From NCBI GenBank assembly GCA_951406725.2, contig CATOCA020000001.1:6944001-7008000 (forward strand): a stretch of 64,000 bases of DNA. Reading direction: 5' to 3'. The stretch is from Octopus vulgaris (taxonomy: Eukaryota). Below are positions 38,032 to 52,815 of the stretch, piece after piece; the stretch's first letter is position 1; every line of letters begins with the position of its first letter. The notes below the pieces were generated by a model. That model was not told the origin of the DNA. It made no database searches and was given only the letters and a program-made list of their open reading frames with translations. A program made the position numbers and the translations under genes.

Positions 38032-41000
38032 ACCGTGTGGTTGGTAAGCAAGCTACTTCCCATTCAGACACTCCTGTTTGTTAACCTGACAACAAGTTCA
38101 AGGTTAGCTCTCATTGGTTGTATACAAAATGAGTTCATTAATGGGGTCCTGAACTGTCGCGGGGGAAAGAAACTTTCGTGGCTGGGTCACATGAGACGAT
38201 GCGACCACCTTAGATATGGGTGGACTGTGTTCACACAAGAACAAACACCGACACGTCCACACTCATGCACATGCATACATGCAAAGACGCACACTGGTAG
38301 CTATTTATGCTTTAAATGTGTTCACCTTAGAACCGAAACATTATGAAGAAATTATATGAGTGTGTGGGTCAGCCAATATGTGTGTGTGAGTATGAGTGTG
38401 TGCTTTCATTCCTGTGTCTGTTTGCACCCGCTCATGTATGAGAAAGTGCTTCCAGTTCATTGCTTGAGCTTGTATACGTGTGTGTGTGTTTAACTGGGTT
38501 TTCATTTCCGTGTGTGTGATGTTTGTGCGTGTGTGATAGCGTGTGTGTGTGTATTTTCATTTCAATGTTTGTGCGTATGTGTGTGTGACTCTTGTTATTT
38601 CTGTGACCGTCTGTGTGAACGACTGTGTATTTTTATTTGTTTGTGTCTGTGCGACTTCCCCAACTTACTCCACTTTTACCACAAATGGTCATACCCCTGC
38701 CCTCCAAGAGCGACCCCTGCCTGATGCAGTTTATCCCCCATCCAGCAATTGTCCTGTTAGTCGCTCTGCCAGACTCGCAAAGACTAAAAGCCTGACGCAC
38801 AACTGACACGTTGCTCCTTGATCGTCACACCATCAATATTGATTAAGGGTCTCTCGCACTAATTATTAAATTTTCGTTAATCATTTAATACATATTATCA
38901 GTCTTCTTTGCTTCCCTCACATGACTTGCGGAGGGAATAGGGGATTACAACTAAACATACATATATTATCATTTATTACATTACATTCAATTAGCCATAC
39001 ATTATTAGTTTCATTATCCAAATATTTTCCTTCACGTTTCAGGTATACCGAGGACCTTCTTTTTCATTGCTTCAATCAGTGTACATAAAGTGTTTGTGAA
39101 AGCAAAGAGTTTTCACACTTATTTACTAATGAGCTTTTTCTTTTAGCTAAATCTATACCAGAACAAGAGAACAAATTTTGCGTACGGAAGCAAGGTCTAG
39201 AATTGAAAGGTCACAGAATTAACCTACCCAACCCTAACACAAAGTCTTAGTAAGTAGGAAAACAGATAAATCATAAAGCCCTTCAGGTACATGGCCATCC
39301 TCAAAAAGAAGGTAGGTAGATGTACTCTGTATAACACATAATAGGTGTAGCAATATCAGAGGAAGGTAAACTGGGAAAATATTTTTTGTATGTGGAAGGT
39401 GCACATGTACAGTAAACACTAAAAGTGTACAGAAAATGGGCTCCATCAAATGCCAGAGGAGTACATTAGAGATCGTTGAGTAACAAAGTCAGTAGCAGAG
39501 GTGGATGAACCAAGAGTGTGGCTGCAAGAATAAAAATAGGCTGAGCAAATTCAGAGAGCTCCTTCCTCTGTTTGGTAACTAAGGGTCTCTCCTTCAGAGT
39601 GAAAGGCAGATTGATTATACCTGTGCAGACAGCTATGCTACATGGCAGAAGAAGTAGACATAAGAAGGCATTGGACAAGGTGGTAATGCATGATCTTTGA
39701 CTGTTGAAACTTATAAAGGCAATGACTAATGACTGACACCTTTCATGACATGCTGTGCCTTAGAAGACAATATATTGTAAATAATTTCCCATCAATTAAT
39801 TTTTTTCACAACCCCTGCCCACAACACTCATGGAGTGTTTGATGTTAAGAAGAACATCCAGCCATAGAAACAATGACAAATCAAGACTGGAGTCTGCTGC
39901 AGACCCTCAGCTTACCAGCCCTGATGAAACTGTCCAACCCAAGCCAGCATAGATAATGGACATTAAATGATGATGATGATGAGGACAATTCTTTTTGTAA
40001 AACTTTTGCATTTGATGCTGAACATTTAGTTTAAAGTTAATTTTATACATTGAATTTTCATTTCTTGTGAAATCAATTTTAATATTTCAAATTCAAAAAT
40101 ATTTAACAAAATATAATGAGAAACTGAAGCAAGTACTACTTCTATATTTGTAAAAACAAAAAGAAACAAATAGAGGAAAATGAGCAAAATTGTGCTAAAG
40201 TGAAACTAAGAAACAGAATACTGTGTAAGGCAAGATACAACTGTATTTTATGAAAGTACCATATTGCATAAACACAAAAAAAAGAAACTATTGCAGAGGG
40301 AATTAAACTGAAACAGATATCAACATGATACACACAACCCATGCTAGTATGGATAAAATGATTAGATATTTCTGTCGAGAGAAAATTCAATGACAATCTT
40401 ATGCAACCAACAATAACCTCAAACTTATCAGATTATTGTAGATGAGCAACAACTCAAGAAAACCTGTCAAAATTCTATGTTCTTACAATGAATTAATTGC
40501 AAGTATTTAAGTATGTAGACAACATAATTTCATGTTTTATATGCATCGATACATGTGTAAAAATAAGTCTCATATCTACGTTCATTTTTCCATCCTAGCA
40601 TGAGTTTGAAAAATATAAGATTTAATAGTTGGGTAACATTGTCGTAGCTAATGATAATTTTCTACTAAAGGTTTTCTTTTTTCTTTCAAAGTGCAGTTCT
40701 AACAAATGATACATTTGTACACAAACATGACAAAAGTAAATAGATACCCATTAACACATTGTTTTATGGTTATTATAACTTGAAGAGGTTTATATTTTTT
40801 TTATTAATTGACATTTATATGTTTCAGGTTCTATATGTAACTGTTTAATCATGCCATGTACAAAAGAAGCCTTAAAAATGTCCAATTTACAAAGAGGCCA
40901 TATGCTGCGCCTATTTCAAGGCTGACTTAGCCTAAAACCACAGAAAACATTGTGATTCCACTTTCTACAGTAAATAGAGTAATTTTTCAATTCACTAAAT

Positions 41001-43563
41001 GGGAAAGTAGTCCATATCACCTTACCCAGGTAGACTAAGGCCCTCTGACAGAACACTTTGCTTTCTTAAGAGAAGTGTGTAAGATAATCCTCATTGCAAG
41101 GCCTCCAATATAGCAGAATAAGTTGATGTCAGTCCCAGAATAGCTGTCAGTTATCTCCGCAAAATTGGCTATTATGGCAGAGCAGCAAGAAAGAAGACAC
41201 TGCTTCGACCAGCCAATATCAAATGGAGAAAAGATTGGACAAGTGAGATGGTAGAGAGGTCACTAGCACTTTGGGACACTGTCAAATTCTCTGATGAATC
41301 CAAATTTGCTGTATTTTCTGACACTGGTCGAATGTGGGTCTGGAGAATCAGTCACCAATATTTTCACGTGAATATATTGCAGCCAACAATGGAACATGTG
41401 ATGGTCTGGAGAGCAGTTTGGAGCAATAGTTAATCAGAAATGGTGGAGTGTGAGGGATACATAAACTCAGATAAATATGTGTCCATATTATAGAAAAATC
41501 TTCTTCCTATAACCTCCAGGGGTAAAATGATTAAATAACACTATTTATCGAAGATAGGGCTTTCTTGCACAACTAAAAGACCCAGGATTGGTTGGAAGAG
41601 AATGGCATTAAAAAGCTTCCATAGCTAAGCCAATCACCAGATATGAACCCTACTGAACACCTCTGAGGCATGATGGATGGGATACTTCCTAAAAAGAAAA
41701 AGAAAGCATCCTTAAAGCCAGATCTTTTGATATTACTGCAAGAAACTTGGCAAGAAAATCATGAAGAGAATATTCATCAGATCAGTAGCATGCCTGCTAG
41801 GGTCCTTGCATTCAAAAATGCAAGGAGCCTGTCTACTAAATATTAGATATTCACATTATAATAATTAATAAATAATTTAAATAAATTTTAACAATCATAA
41901 GGGTGTCTATTTAATTCCGTCATGTCTATGTAGTTTTTGAAGCAAAACACAATGGAAACATTAATATTAAGACCTTTTCAAAAATCTCTCTCAAGCATTT
42001 CATGCACACTGAGATTTTATTGACATTCATTCAAATTCACTCATTCCAACATGAAACAATTTTTTCCATCAAAAACTTTGTGATGTTTTCACTGTCTCTA
42101 ATTTGATCTAGATCCTCTAAGTGTCTCTAATGCATTCATGCCTTAATTTCAATTTGTTGCCAGATTTTTCCTCAGGGCCAACTCACCAAACAGAAATTAA
42201 TGAGAGACCTAATTGCCTTTCATCTTGATCACATAAATACACCCACACATTTGGTGCTCAAATACAGCATGCTCCACACTAGGAGATTGACAGTTACCCA
42301 CTATATGCAAAAATCGAACACACTTGCAGTACTAAACAAGCCATTACTATTGCATTTTCTGGCTTCATGTTTCCCAATTATATCCCAATTTTTTTTATCT
42401 CTGAAATCACCAAGTATGAAGATTTTATAAGCAGAAAGAACATAGAAGCTTTTTTCATGAAAGATAAAATATTAGTCTTTTTTTTTCTCTTCAGAGGAAC
42501 ACATGGTTGGAGGGTAGACACTTACTAAGGTAACAAATCTCTTGTTTGACAATGGCAATCTCACTGACATCAAGGTAATCAGTAAATCCAGAGAGTTCAT
42601 AATCTTAGATGCCAATATTTCACAAACATTCAATGGTCTGTACTCTCTTGCAGTAGCAAGATGACACATAGGCCCAGGCTGCAATACTGTGGGACACCTT
42701 CACTATCCATTCCACATCCCTTCTTGACATTACTCTAAATTATTTTGATTTTTCAATGAGTATTTTGCACTTTTTGTCAACAGTTACCTATAACATGCAT
42801 CACATAATTGATATGGTGTATACACACACATGCAATAAGCATCATATAGTTCCCATCAACCACTTTCACTAAAAATGCATTTGTTGGTCCCTACCTATAG
42901 TCGAAGACTCTTGCCCAAAATGACACACAGTAGAACTAGACCCTAAACCATGGCATTGGGAAACAAACATATTTTACATTTGCAAACATATATGTCTTAT
43001 GGAAATTGTTCAATATACACAGAGAAACAGGTGTTCAATGTACAAACAGCTATGGTTAACTAACAGAAAACTTAATTTAACAAAAAAATTATGTACTTAC
43101 ATACAGGTGAAGCTTCTTGCTTGGTAAAATCAACAAGTATAAAGAAAAGTCTACATGTATAAACTGTTGTGGTGAGAGTCATTGGCACCCCTATGGGATT
43201 GGAAGAATGGACTAGAAAAACTCTTATAAAAAAATTAGCATATTGGTTGAGACAAAGAGAGTCATTGGGAGTTCATGGAAGTTGTTGACATTGTTCAGAG
43301 TTTATATTTATTAGAAGTATTGTGTTTAGTAGAGTAATCTTCGTGAAATTTGCATATCCAACATATAGAAGGATATAAAATAAACAAAAGTTCGCAAGTA
43401 AACCAATAAGTGTAATCGTTCATTTTTTAACCCTGAAAGTAAAAATGAAAAACATCCTAATAGTAGCGAAAGGAAAATTTTGGCTTTAATATCAGTTCAC
43501 TACTCTTTATTTGAAGTGACAAGCAGCCAAGTATTATACAAATGGAAACTTTTACATGTCTCA
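38032..43563 (+). repeat. segmental duplication copy 2 (~5.5 kb)
   Basis: Near-identical to 8329-13904; includes RTE fragments (39131-39982, about 42150-42700) and the Tc1 element. Confidence 0.95.
40720..41930 (+). mobile_element. Tc1-like transposon fossil (duplicate of 11007-12215)
   Basis: Same TIRs, TA flanks and DESKF/SPDMNPTEHL motifs. Confidence 0.88.
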
Positions 43564-43661
43564 GGAAAGATATAAATGCAAGCAATGTGAGACCAACTTT
43601 CATTAAAACTACACAAGAAATTCATCAAAATTCATTCACAGATTTTATTCTATTAAACTTC

Positions 43662-43860
43662 AGATGGTGGAGAGGCACAATTGTTAGTGTTGGCAAAATA
43701 CCTTCCAATATTTCTACCAGCTCTTTATATTCTAGTTTCAAATCCTGTTGAGGCTAACTTTGTTTCTCTTCCTTTCATGGTTGATAAAAAAAAGTGCAAG
43801 TCAAGTAATAAGATCAATTTAATCAATTAACCACTTCCTCTAAAATTTGAGGCATTCCCC
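43662..43860 (+). mobile_element. highly decayed SINE family B
   Basis: TTCAAATCCTGTTGAGGCTAACTTTG...CCTTTCATGGTTGATAAA resembles the family B core. Confidence 0.5.
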
Positions 43861-44425
43861 TGTTTTACAAACATGACCAATTAATCAAATGACTTGGGAA
43901 AAATAAATCTGCATGTTAGGAAACAGGATAGCTTTCCTGTCATTCAAATATTCGTGAAATTTACAATATACCATAATTTCAGCAATTCACATAGTCATAT
44001 TGTAAGAGAGTTCATCATCATTTCACTAAAGATGCATACACTAATATAGAAACTGATATTAATTAAGAAATCTTACCCATAAACAATATTTTTTATGCTA
44101 TTTCACCAATGAGCAACTAATAAGGCAGAGTTTAAATCCATGCTTCCTTCACCAGTTTATCATATGGCTCTCAATCCATTCAAGCCTTTATTGCAAAACA
44201 GCTCAGTTTGCTAATTCTTTACAAAGGGCAGTACAGGTGAGAAACATAAAATGGACAAAATGAGTGATGAGTAGCAATAAAAAAACATAAGCATCTATCT
44301 ATTTATCTATATATCTATCGAGCTATCAAGCAGTCTATCTTTCTAGGTGTTTGGTAGTTGGTATGTCTATTCTTCTTCTGACTCTATCTATTTCTGTCTA
44401 TATATTTTATCTATGTTACAATCTG

Positions 44426-44490
<65 letters not shown>

Positions 44491-44979
44491 AGAGAGCGAG
44501 AGAGAGAAAGAGATGTACTTGCATAGCGAGTGGCAAGGTAACAGTCAAGTATACAAATTGAACTGACACATATTACATAAACATACGTTCGCAAGTACAT
44601 ACACATGTACACACACACAGACACGTCTATTTCTCCTAAATACTCACATACGTAAGTACATAAGTACATACATACATGCGTATAGGCATGCGCACATACA
44701 TGTACACATATACATACATAAACACATACATACGTACGTACATACATATATATCATGAACTAACTGTTACTTTCTCAGATGCAGCACGGAATTTTGTCAG
44801 TGAAGTCGCAGTCTCAAAGCGACGAAAATATTTTGACAAATTAAATTTAAATATTAAAGTGAATCTAACGGTTTTTGTGTGTTTCTTAAATGGCTTATAA
44901 ACACCTTCCATGCTGCAATTGTTTTCATTCCAGTACAGCAAAGTTTACCCTTACTAAATCCAAACTCCTGTCAGCTTTC

Positions 44980-47722
44980 TCTAATTACACCCAAAGGCAT
45001 AAACAAAAACGAACAAAAAATAAGACCCGTGATCTTGACACCAAAATTAAGAAAGGCCTTAACAAATTAAAAAATCATATAAAAAATAAGAGATTGTATG
45101 CTTCCCGACTGACAAATCAGTTAGAATGTCTGTTGACAACTTATCTAATTACATTTTGAACATGCAACCACACATTGAAAACGAAAAAGTCCTCAATGCT
45201 CACATGGGGATGCGGAGTATCATTCTCCAGTCTGAGGAATGCACAGCAAACAATTTCATAACTACCAACAATGAAATCCCACCCCTATATGGCCTTCGAA
45301 AAGATCATAAGATCCACATGGATCATATACTTGGGCCACCTACCCGACCTGTTTGTGGTGCCAACAATGCAAACAACCACAAAATATCATATTTTCTCTC
45401 ACAATTCATAAGACCCTTAATAGAGTTATCTGCAGATTTACGTGATAGTACTGAAGACCTCCTTAGCAGGATCCGCGAATGCAACAACACATGTGACCTC
45501 AGAGAGCACATCGTAGGTATCATGGATATGGTATCACTGTAAGGCGGCGAGCTGGCAGAAACGTTAGCACGCCAGGCGAAATGCTTAGCGGTATTTCGTC
45601 TGCCGTTACGTTGTGAGTTCAAATTCCGCCGAGGTCAACTTTACCTTTCATCCTTTCGGGGTCGATAAATTAAGTACCAGTTACGTACTGGGGTCGATGT
45701 ATTCGACTTAATACCTATGTCTGTCCTTGTTTGTCCCCTCTGTGTTTAGCCCCTTGTGGGTAATAAAGAAATAGGTATCACTATATCCTTCCATTGATAT
45801 AGAATTTGCTGTCGAAAAATGTATAAAGATAATTAGTGAGAGTAATATATTTAAAAATGCGGACATATATGAACTATGGCTCTTCCTGGCACCAATGAGT
45901 ATCTGTCACACAATAATCTTCTATATGCTTGTCTTTCCCGTAACAAACGAGGTAGACCACCTACCATTACCTCAGCATACAAAAAGACCCATTGTGAACG
46001 CTGACAGGGTTTGATGAGGCAGACTACCCACCTTCAGATGCACAGGACATCAGAACTACTATTGCACATGCTATCGGTGTCAGCCTTAGAACTATACTTA
46101 AAACCCATATTTTTAAGTTTAACAAAAAACTGTATAAACAGACGAAAGTGGTGCTATTGGAGTAGGGATCGTCGGTGATGTTGCAAACCTCTTCATTGGA
46201 TGGTGGGACAGACAGTTTAAACAGTGCCTAGTGACCTGTAACATCCACTTAGCTATGTACTCTCTATACATTGACGACATTAACATTGTTGTGAAATGTA
46301 ATAATAATACAGACACAGAGATAGAATCTCTACTAAATGAAGAACAGGTGATGACAGCTATACAACACATGGCTAACTCTATCCATAGCAGTATAAAAGT
46401 TACCGTAGACTGCCTCTCTAAACACCCCAGTAACAGATTACCTGTCCTAGATACTGAGCTGTGGATAGAAAATACTATGGTTAACGGAACTGTTAAATCC
46501 TGTTTACTCCACTCACACTCTTGTAAACCTATGGCTAATCCACTGGTAATCCGTAGTAACTCAACGATGTCGAGTACTAACAAGCTCAACATCCTGGTGG
46601 CAGACTTAGTTAGATTAATGAGGAATGTATATCTCCACTATGCCAACCACAAGAACGACAACACATCCAGCACTTCATATTCCGAATGCAACGCCCCGGA
46701 TACACACAATATGAGAGAATCAGAGTGTACAAAGGAGCAAAACCAAGATTCAAACACATTCTAAGTGATGACGAAAACAGTGTATGGTTCCTATACCGCA
46801 ACAAGTTCTGGAATAGGTTAGAGAGGGACACCAAGAAAAGAAATAAGACCAATACTTGGTATAACAAGAGATTTCACAGTGTAATGTTTGTTGATGCCAC
46901 ACCTAAGAACGAATTATGTAAGGCATTCAAGGAAATCCTACACACAACTGGCCTTAAGATCAAGGTTGTAGAAAAGACAGGTAGGACTATCAAATCTGTA
47001 TTGTGTAGATCATATCCTTTCGATAGATTCCCATGTCAAAATAATTGCGCAGTATGTTCCACAAACCCACATGTGAACTGTAAAACCAAGAACATTGTGC
47101 CAAGAAGGAGCTTGCGAGACTAACCCAGAGTCATACATAGGTGAAACTTCTAGGAGTATCAATGATAGGTTCAAAGAACACCTGGACAACTACATTGAAA
47201 AGAAACCAAACTCCATCTTCTATCAGCATGCTGTAGACTGTCACAAGGGCTCCTTAGGGAGACTTAAGTTAAACATTTTATCCACACATCCCACTGATGC
47301 AGTGCTGAGACAGGTCAATAAATCTGTCTGTATACAAGAATACAAACCCACTCTCAACCGAAAATCCGAATGGAGTAACATCCAGATTCCACTCAGGATG
47401 ACCATTCTATAACCACCCCTCTCTCTCTCTCTCTCTCTCATTTACAAGTAGTAATCCATGCATAAATGTTGAAATGCATGGTACTAAAATACATATATGC
47501 AGTTATATCTAACCGTACGAGCGTACATTGTTTGATACGTATGTACATATGTGTAGATGTATATGTGTGTATACGTATGTGTATGTGTAAATATACATAT
47601 GAATTATATATGTATGCATGTAAAAAATAAATAAAAAGAATAAATAGAATAAAATAAAACAAGTTTGAATTTTAACCATTGTCCTTGGAAAAATTGTCAT
47701 ATATATGTATACGAACAGCCAT
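44980..47722 (+). mobile_element. Penelope-like retroelement (RT plus C-terminal GIY-YIG endonuclease), disrupted
   Basis: PTDKS, PPLYGLRKDHK, PTRPVCG, MDMVSL|YPSID, GAIGVG, LYIDDINI, LPVLDTELW, KPMANP, Cys-rich linker, YIGETSRSINDRFKEH...QEYKPTLN. Frameshifts and a SINE insertion. The 5' boundary is approximate. Confidence 0.9.
45542..45773 (+). mobile_element. SINE family B, full copy with target-site duplication
   Basis: AGGCGGCGAGCTGGCAGAAACGTTAG...GAGTTCAAATTCC...TAATAAAGAAATA; flanked by GGTATCACTGTA (45530-45541) and GGTATCACTATA (45774-45785). Confidence 0.9.
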
Positions 47723-48663
47723 GCTACACGGCAGTGAAACATGGGCGGTGACTGCTGAAGATATGCGTAAGCTCGCAAGAAATGAAGCCAGTATGCTCCG
47801 ATGGATGTGTAATGTCAGTGTTCATACTAGACAGAGTGTAAGTACTTTGAGAGAAAAGTTGGACCTAAGAAGCATCAGTTGTGGTGTGCAAGAGAGACGT
47901 TTGCACTGGTATGGTCATGTGGCGAGAATGGATGTAGATAGTTGTTTGAAACAGTGCCACGCCCTAGCGGTTGAGGGAACCTGTGGAAGAGGTAGACCCA
48001 GGAAAACCTGGGACGAGGTAGTGAAGCACGACCTTCGAACTTTAGGTTTCACCGAGGAAATGACTAGAGACCGAGACCTTTGGAAGTATGCTGTGCGTGA
48101 GAAGACCCGGCAGGACAAGTGAGGCCATAATTCCGTGGCCTCTACCTGGGATGTAGCCAGCCCACTTATGCATTCCTTTCCTTCTTGGGACACAAAGCTC
48201 CACTTGTGAAGACCTGTTGAGGCAAGTGAAAATCAAAATCGTATTCAATCAACATCAATGGAATTTGTAGCTGTGATACCAGTGCTGGTGGCACGTAAGA
48301 GAACCATCCGAACGTGGCCATAGCCAGCACCGCCCTAACTGGCCTCCGTGCCGGTGGCACGTAAAAAGCACCATCCGATTCGTGGCCGTTGCCAGCTTCG
48401 TCTGGTCTCCGTGCTGGTGGCACGTAAAAATCACCATCCGATCGTGGCCGTTTGCCAGCATCGTCTGGCACCTGTACCGGCGGCACGTAAAAAGCACCCA
48501 CTACATTCACAGAGTGGTTGGCGTTAGGAAGGGCATTCAGCTGTAGAAACACTGCCAAATCAGACTGGGCCTGGTGCAGCCTTCTGGCTTTCCAGACCCC
48601 AGTTGAACCGTCCAACCCATGCTAGCATAGAAAGTGGACGTTAAATGATGATGATGATGATGA
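47710..48663 (+). mobile_element. RTE LINE 3' fragment
   Basis: RTAMLHGSETWAVT...RRLHWYGHV...GRPRKTW, a repeat-containing 3' UTR, and a GGACGTTAAA(TGA)n tail. Confidence 0.9.
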
Positions 48664-48683
48664 TATATATATATATATAGAAA

Positions 48684-49618
48684 TAGGGTTGGCAACTAAG
48701 TTCCCGCCGTTTTTTTTTATTTAAATTGTTTAAAAGGTTTAATGATTAAATAACAACTAATTAATCAATAATGTATTCACTTTTGTTGTTTACAACTTCT
48801 TCCCAATGTTCAAAAAGATTTTCAATACCTTGTTGGTAGAAATCACTCGATTTCGACTCGAAAAATTGATCCAACTAAGCTCTCAATTCTGTATCAGTAC
48901 TGAACGAAACTCTGTGCATAGCATTTGAAAGAGATCGAAAGAGGTAGAAATCCGTTGGTACAAAATCAGGAGAGTACGGCGGATGTGGCAGTACTTTCCA
49001 ATCATGCGTTTGAATTGCTTCCTTGGTCATATTGGCGATATGTGGGGTGGGCAATGCTGTGCAGCAGAAGAACTCATGCTGCCGATTAAATCTTTTCTCT
49101 TGAATAGCCGTGTTGAGTCGTTCCATCTCTTGAACATAGAATTCTGCATTGACCATGTGGTTCCATTCAAGCAATTCGTAAGGTATAATCCCCTTCCAGT
49201 CCGACCATACGCACAACATCATTTTATGCAGATGGAGATCTTGTTTCATGTGCAGTGTCGCTTGTTTACCAGAGCTCAGCCATTCCTTTCCGCTGCTTCA
49301 TTTTGATGTACAGGCACCATATTATGTCGCCTGTGATGATTCGGTAAATAAATCGTTGCTTTTGTCCATGAGTTGAGCGGTGATGAGCAAGCAAACCTGC
49401 AGAGATTGTGGCTCATTGATTTTTGTTGTTGTCACTTAAAGCATTCGGAACCCATCCTCCATACATCTGCACCTTTCCCATCGAATAAAGATGCTTCTCT
49501 ATAGCAGTGTGGGAGCATTCCATTTTCTCTCATATTTCCCTTGCCTTTTGACAAGGATTTTAGTGCAAAAGTCGGTTTAATTGCTCTTCCTCGAACTCAA
49601 CTGGATAGCCAGAACGAG
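48684..49618 (-). mobile_element. mariner (DD34D) transposon fossil, 5'-truncated
   Basis: RSGYPVEFEEEQLN, KMMLCVW, HPPYSPDFVPTDFYLFRSLSN; one TIR-like end TAGGGTTGGCAACTAAGTTCCCGCCG at 48684. Confidence 0.88.
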
Positions 49619-49628
49619 ATTATTAATT

Positions 49629-50219
49629 ATCATCATCATCATCATCGTTTAGCGTCCGTTTTCCATGCTAGCATGGGTTGGACGGTTCTACTGGGGTCTG
49701 TGAAGCCAGAAGGCTTCATCAGGCCCAGTCAAATCTGGCAGTGTTTCTACAGCTGGATGCCCTTCCTAACGCCAACCACTCCGTGAGTGTAGTGGGTGCT
49801 TTTTATGTGCCACCCGCATAGGTGCCAGACAGAGCTGGCAAACGGCCACGAACGGATGGTGCTTTTTATGTGCCACCGGCATGAGGCCAGTCGGGGCGGC
49901 GCTGGCAATGGTCGCGAAACGGAAGGTTCTCTTACATGCCACCAGCACTGGTAACACATCTGCAATTTCCATTGATCGATTTCGATTCTGATCCTCACTT
50001 GCCTCAACAGGTCTTCACAAGTAGAGTTTTGTGTCCCAAGAAGGGAAGGTATGCATACGTAGGCTGGCTCCATCCCATGTAGAAGGCCACGGGTTATGGT
50101 CTCACTTGTCCTGCCGGGTCTTCTCGCGCACAGCACACTTCCAGAGGTCTCGGTCTCTAGTCATTTCCTCAGTGAGACCTAAAGTTCGAAGGTCGTGCTT
50201 CACCACCTCGTCCCAGGTT
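49629..50219 (-). mobile_element. RTE LINE 3' fragment
   Basis: KTWDEVVKHDLRTLGLTEEMTRDRDLW, 3' UTR and (CAT)n tail; cut at the scaffold gap. Confidence 0.9.
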
Positions 50220-50242
50220 TTATAAATTTTATAAATTATAAA

Positions 50243-50342
50243 NNNNNNNNNNNNNNNNNNNNNNNNNNNNNNNNNNNNNNNNNNNNNNNNNNNNNNNNNN
50301 NNNNNNNNNNNNNNNNNNNNNNNNNNNNNNNNNNNNNNNNNN
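50243..50342. other. assembly gap (100 N)
   Basis: Run of N characters. Confidence 1.
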
Positions 50343-50459
50343 ATCGAATTCTTTTTGATGAAACTCATCAGTCCGTCTAATGAGGGCTTTTTGGTACTGT
50401 TTCCTTGGTGGGATAGTAATGTTCTTCAGGGAAGTGTCGAGGTCGATTCTTGTCAGCAT
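50343..50459 (-). mobile_element. probable N-terminus of a Penelope-like element ORF, running into the gap
   Basis: MLTRIDLDTSLKNITIPPRKQYQKALIRRTDEF resembles the SLKNIPIP...Y.K.LI N-terminus I recall from one PLE group; recognised from memory only. Confidence 0.5.
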
Positions 50460-50619
50460 TTTTCTTGGTGATGGTTATATGGGCACTAGGTGTCTATGAT
50501 ATAGATACACATACACAGAAAATACTCAACATAAAATAGACAGCAATAAATATATATATATATATATAGAAGGAGAGGCTAAGAGTTTATATTTGCAAGG
50601 AAATCTTATATCCTATAAC

Positions 50620-50881
50620 AATATGTATACATATATACATACACATATACAGGAGGTATACTTGTATACATACACACACGCAGTATATATACACACACGG
50701 GGCCACACATTATACACACACAGAAAATATATATATACACATACACACACATAAATCACATACGATACACACATAACACACACACACACACACGATCACA
50801 CACAGCATATATATATACACATATACATACAATACATACACACTATATACACACATACATATACATACACATATACATATA

Positions 50882-50927
<46 letters not shown>

Positions 50928-51057
50928 TGTATATGTACATACACATACGTATATATATATATACACATACAAATATATATATAGTGTGTATATATATGTG
51001 TATATATATGTATGTATTTATATATATGTGTATATGTGTGTGTGTATGTATGTGTAT

Positions 51058-51097
<40 letters not shown>

Positions 51098-51102
51098 ATA
51101 TA

Positions 51103-51158
<56 letters not shown>

Positions 51159-51730
51159 GCGGTGTATGCATGTATATATGTATATATAGTGTATATGTTA
51201 CCTGTATATATATGTGCATGTATGTGTATATATGTACGTATGTATATATGTATGTATGAATATGTGTAAGCATACGTATGTATACTTGCAATATGGGTGT
51301 ATGTATGTGTATATATGGATGCGCGTGTGTGTGTGAATGTGTATGGGTACGCATGTATGCATGTGTATGTGTAGGTGTATGCATGTATAACAAAAGTATG
51401 TATGTATGTATAATCATTAAATATCATATGTGTGTGCGTATATTTGTATATGTATGTGTATATGAGTGTGTGTATATATGTATATATATATATATGTATA
51501 TGTATATATATATATAGATATATATATGTGTATATATATGTATGTGTGTGTATGGATGTATAAATGTATGTATGTATGTATGGATGTATGGATGTATGTA
51601 TGTATGTATACGTATGTATGTGTGTATGTGTGTATATAGAATGTTATGTGTGTATATATGTGTATGTATGTGTGTATGTGTATATGTGTGTATGTGTATG
51701 TATGTGTATATATATATGTGTATATGTATA

Positions 51731-51802
<72 letters not shown>

Positions 51803-51814
51803 TGTGTGTATATA

Positions 51815-51845
<31 letters not shown>

Positions 51846-52151
51846 GTATATTTATTGGTGTATATGTATAGACTATATCTCCTAAGTGTAGACATGTAAT
51901 CTGTAGGTACGAGTACGTATGTGTATATACGTGAACGTATGTAGATGTTTGTATGTATGAATATAACGCGTGCGTACGTGTATGTGTATGAGTGTACGAA
52001 TGGGTGAATGTACGTGCCTAAATGAGTGTGCGTGAGTGCGGGAATGAATACTTGTTTTCCAGTAGACAGATAAATGGACATGTGCATTGCCAAGATTCTT
52101 GAGCGATCAAAGATAACAAAAGTAATAGTTGAAAGATAATAAAAAAATTAA

Positions 52152-52187
<36 letters not shown>

Positions 52188-52259
52188 ATTGAGTATATGT
52201 GTAGGTATATGTGTGTATGTGTAGGTAATACCTCGTCACATATGTATATATATATATAG

Positions 52260-52323
<64 letters not shown>

Positions 52324-52560
52324 ATATGGGTATATATATATATATACATGTGTGTATACGTGTATATAGTGTATATATGTGAGTGTGTGTATGTGTAGAC
52401 ATGGCATGTGTGTGTACATATGTGTGTATGTATGTATGTGTATGTGTGTATGTATGTGTATATATATATGTATATATATATATATATATATATGTGTCGT
52501 GTATGTATATATATGTGTGTATGTGCGTGTGTAGATACGTATACATGTGTGTATAGGTAT
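50620..52560. repeat. long TA/TG/CA low-complexity field
   Basis: Directly visible. Confidence 0.9.
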
Positions 52561-52815
52561 AAGTGAGAATCTCCTTATTTACCTAAAACTCTATCCCCCT
52601 TTTTTTATATATATATATATATATATTTTTTATATATATATTTTATTTTTTTTTTTTTGTGTTTTTTATTTATTCTTCTATCTAATTTAACACTGACTCC
52701 TTGACCACTCCCCCAAGTATGATATTTTGCGCTATGCCTACCCCCAAAAAGTCCCCCACCAACACCCCTTTAAACCTGCCTAAATGTATAAATGCCAATA
52801 CAATTCTTGTTAACT

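Noticed and set aside
43900-44280. Unique-looking AT-rich stretch as a possible exon or transposase remnant
   Set aside because: No sustained ORF or motif that I can recognise.
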